Virus record (IMG/VR): IMGVR_UViG_3300025765_000001
Strand: one strand, 5' to 3'
From: a virus
Taxonomy: Duplodnaviria; Heunggongvirae; Uroviricota; Caudoviricetes
Length of the DNA stretch: 64,000 nucleotides
Shown: positions 61,185 through 64,000 of the stretch, in pieces
Position numbering within the stretch: position 1 is the stretch's first letter
How the letters are laid out: each line of letters begins with the position of its first letter
The notes under the pieces: model-generated
The model's database searches: none
What the model saw: only the letters and a program-made list of their open reading frames with translations
What the model was told of the DNA's origin: nothing
Made by a program: the position numbers and the translations under genes

Positions 61185-62474
61185 TTAAAAGGGTTCGCCA
61201 TCATCGGGGAACTGCCAGCCCGCATTGGGCTTCTCGACTTCCTTCTCAACAGGGGGCCGCTCGACGGCTGGCGACTGAATGGCAACTTTCAACTTCTCAA
61301 CGGCATCCTGCCGGGCAACCTCACACCGAAGCGTCGGCTCGCCCGCAGGCTTGTCTTGCGGCACGCTGTAGTTCGGCACCGCAACCGGCGATAGAGCCTT
61401 GTCCGTCGCCACGCCCAGCAGTTCTGCCACACTCGGCGGCGGGTCGAAGGGCAGGCACATCGACGGGCGAGGGCCGAACGGCCAAGTGTTGATGTAGTAG
61501 AACCGGTTCTGGGGCCGGGTGTCGGCAACGTAGGCGATATTATGCTCCTGCTTCATCTCCTTCTCATTCTTGGCGGCAGGGTGCGGGATCAGGTCGGGCC
61601 GCAAAATAAAAACGACACTCCACTCCTTCCCCTTCGCACGGTGAACCGTGCTGAGGGTGATGACGCCGGGCTTCGGCTTGTCGCTGAACAGGGCCTCGAT
61701 CTCACGGTAGATCGACGTGACCATATCATCCTTGACCTTGCCAGCGATGATCTCCAGGCAGTCCACGTCCTGCTGGAGCTTCTCCAGCTTGGCCTTGTCC
61801 TTCTCGCTGGTCAACTTCGAGGACTTGACACGAAACCAGTGAGCGAGCCGGGTCAGAAAGCCATCTTCGATGATCTCTTCCTTCTCATCCTTGAGATCGG
61901 TGATATGGTTGGTGTGGCCTTTCTCGCCCGGCTCCTTGCAGAGATCACGGACGATATGCTTCAGGCCCATGCCCAAGCTAGAATAGCCCAGGATGCACAC
62001 CCGCTTGCCCAGGCTCATCAGGTGATAAGCCGTCACCACCAGAGGCGTGTTGATGCGGCACAGAAAGCAGAAAGTGCATTCCTTGCCAGTGTACTCCGGG
62101 CCGGTGCCTTCGCCCAGCACTCGCACTGCACCGTTGACGCCATCAGGCAGAGCGATGTCCTTGCGGTCGTTGTTGGCCCGCTCACAAGCCTGAGCGAGCG
62201 ACAACACGCCAATGTCGCCGTAAGCCTGTGAATGGCCCTCGAACTTGGGCTGATGCTTGCGACGGGTCAACTCGGCGATGGAACGATCACAGCGGTAGTT
62301 GCGGGGCAGCAGAAGCTCTCGCACGTTGCGGGTCTGCTGAAGACGGGAGAGGATGCTGGAGAAGGTCTCGTCGCCATCGCCAGCCCCACGGAAGCGATAG
62401 ATAGCTTGCGACGGGTCGCCAACGACGATGATGCGGGCACCCTTGCGAGCCGGGGTCAAAACAGCGGTCGTCAT
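61185..62474 (-). pseudogene. UvrD/Rep SF1 helicase lacking motifs I and II (deletion right after the start)
   Basis: 'VGDPSQAIYRFRGA', 'NYRC', 'STVHRAKGKEW', 'YVADTR'; only 12 residues precede the motif III strand; promoter at 62520-62547. Confidence 0.75.
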
Positions 62475-63104
62475 GAGAAAGCCCCTCGTGCGAAAAACGG
62501 GAAACCTCAACTACCCAACATTATAAAAATCTCGTCGCCTGTGTCAAGCGACATTATCTCGGTTTCTTCGATTTTCCCTAAGTCGTTTTCTGGTCGAGCT
62601 TTGGCAAAGTTATTTTTGGTGCTTTTTCAGGGCTTCGGCAACCTGGGCATCTAGCTCGTTCTCCAAACGCTCGGCCTCGGCTCGGTCGATGCCCTGTTGT
62701 TTCATTCAGCACAGAATTCGCTGTTCTCGCAGGTAGGCTCGACATTCCGGGCAGAAACCGTGGCTGCCAGCAACTCCATAAGCTGCGAACAACCAGTCCT
62801 AGAGATCGTTTGCAGTCTCGCAATCTGATCGAGCAGGCTTTCTATGATCGGCGTTCATGGTAGTCCTTGCAACATGGTTTGCTTGGTCGCCCTGCTCTGT
62901 ACTACTCAACACAGTCGGTCAACTGAGGCCCGCCCCGTAGGGGCGGGCCTCTAGGTGTTAGCTGAACAACTCCTGTAGTTCTTCGATGACCTAGCTCCCG
63001 CTCGATCAGACGCCGATCTCCGTAATCTAGCCGCATGAATCGTTTGGTAGGTAGTTCACTAACGGCCTTGCGGAGCGACTTCATCAGTCTTGGAATTCGT
63101 TCAT

Positions 63105-63458
63105 TCATTTCAGTGGTGCGAAGTATTCGGCGATCACCCGTTCGGGAATGTCACACTCAACGCCGCCTTCTTCGGGGTCGTGCCGGATGCCAACGAACAC
63201 CGCTACGCCCTTGATGTAGTCACCAGTGACGGCAAACCGCCGCTTCATTGCAGCCAGCATTGTCTCTGTCACTCTCGTGGCCTCCTCGTTGTACGGCAGG
63301 CCCTTCGCAATGCCGTCCTCATCGACGTAGAGGGTGAAATCCTCGCCGACCGGCACAGCCTCCAAATAGCCGCCGCCTAGAGCAGCCTTGATGCCATTCC
63401 AGCCATCTACTTCCTGTAACACAGCCCGTTCGCCGGGTCGAATGACGATTGCCTTCAT
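63105..63458 (-). CDS. DUF3846-like phage protein
   Basis: 'GGYLEAV', 'YVDEDG', 'LPYNEEAT', 'I.G.AVF'. Confidence 0.7.
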   Translation of the reverse strand: MKAIVIRPGERAVLQEVDGWNGIKAALGGGYLEAVPVGEDFTLYVDEDGIAKGLPYNEEATRVTETMLAAMKRRFAVTGDYIKGVAVFVGIRHDPEEGGVECDIPERVIAEYFAPLK

Positions 63459-63827
63459 TGCTTTCTCCGCTTGGGGTTGGGGTCGAAGACCTGAAAGAGC
63501 GAGGGATCGACAGGCCCCTCTTGCTCAGTAATGACCATCGGAAGATGCCATTCTTGTGAACTAGCTCATCACGGTCGCCCTGGCTGTCATAGTAGAACAG
63601 CCGCCGCCCGTTAGCCAGATGACCGTTTACGTTCATGACAAACCAACTCGGCTGCGTTGGTGACAGTTTTATATTGGTCCCAGGGACCAAGATCACGAAT
63701 CACCAGCACTTCGGGCGTGCTTTCCTCGGCCACGATTTCATTTCTTCCTCCTACAGTTCCAGGGCAGACTGGACGTTGCCACGCACTTCTTCACGCCATT
63801 CGTTCTTCCGCTCTTCCTTGGCTTCGT

Positions 63828-63896
63828 CGTCCTCGTTCTCCTCCCCGCCGTCCTCGTTCTCCTCCCCGCCGTCCTCGTTCTCCTCCCCGCCGTCCT
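63828..63896. repeat. 21-bp tandem repeat x3 encoding GGEENED in acidic ORF 63751-63987
   Basis: CGTCCTCGTTCTCCTCCCCGC repeated three times. Confidence 0.85.
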
Positions 63897-64000
63897 TCTC
63901 GAAGTCGTCAACATCGACGCCCTCTAACTCGTCAGCCCAAGACTCACACTGCTGACAAAGCTGGTAGCATTGCGTTTTAGCAGCCAAGCAAAGGCCCGCC

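Overview
This window looks like the accessory/early region of a large (jumbo-type) bacteriophage genome. It has dense short ORFs, mostly on the minus strand beyond ~15.5 kb, repeated sigma70-type promoters and no capsid, tail or terminase genes. Recognisable cargo includes a PspA-like + OmpA + NitT/TauT-type ABC importer cluster, a PNK/phosphatase, AAA ATPases, MetK, glycosyl- and methyltransferases, DHFR, SmpB, a macrodomain, a CCA-adding/HD enzyme, two RNA-ligase-family genes, ArdC, RuvB, a sigma factor, a ParB-like protein and a UvrD fragment. Many genes are broken by in-frame stops, frameshifts and internal deletions, often through C>T/G>A changes, so the element appears to be decaying (or the assembly is error-rich). 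Highlights: (1) a ~140-nt miniature tmRNA with an Ala acceptor stem and a non-standard tag (AYNENSAAT), encoded with its own SmpB and CCA-adding enzyme; (2) a 726-bp insertion in the CCA enzyme's HD domain that carries an HNH endonuclease on the opposite strand yet leaves the host frame open, with no intein or group I hallmarks; (3) an apparently free-standing group I-like RNA; (4) T4-like late-promoter plus capsid-targeting-like N-termini on candidate injected enzymes; (5) tandem 16-bp palindromes near a ParB-like gene. All calls come from reading motifs by eye; no database searches were run.
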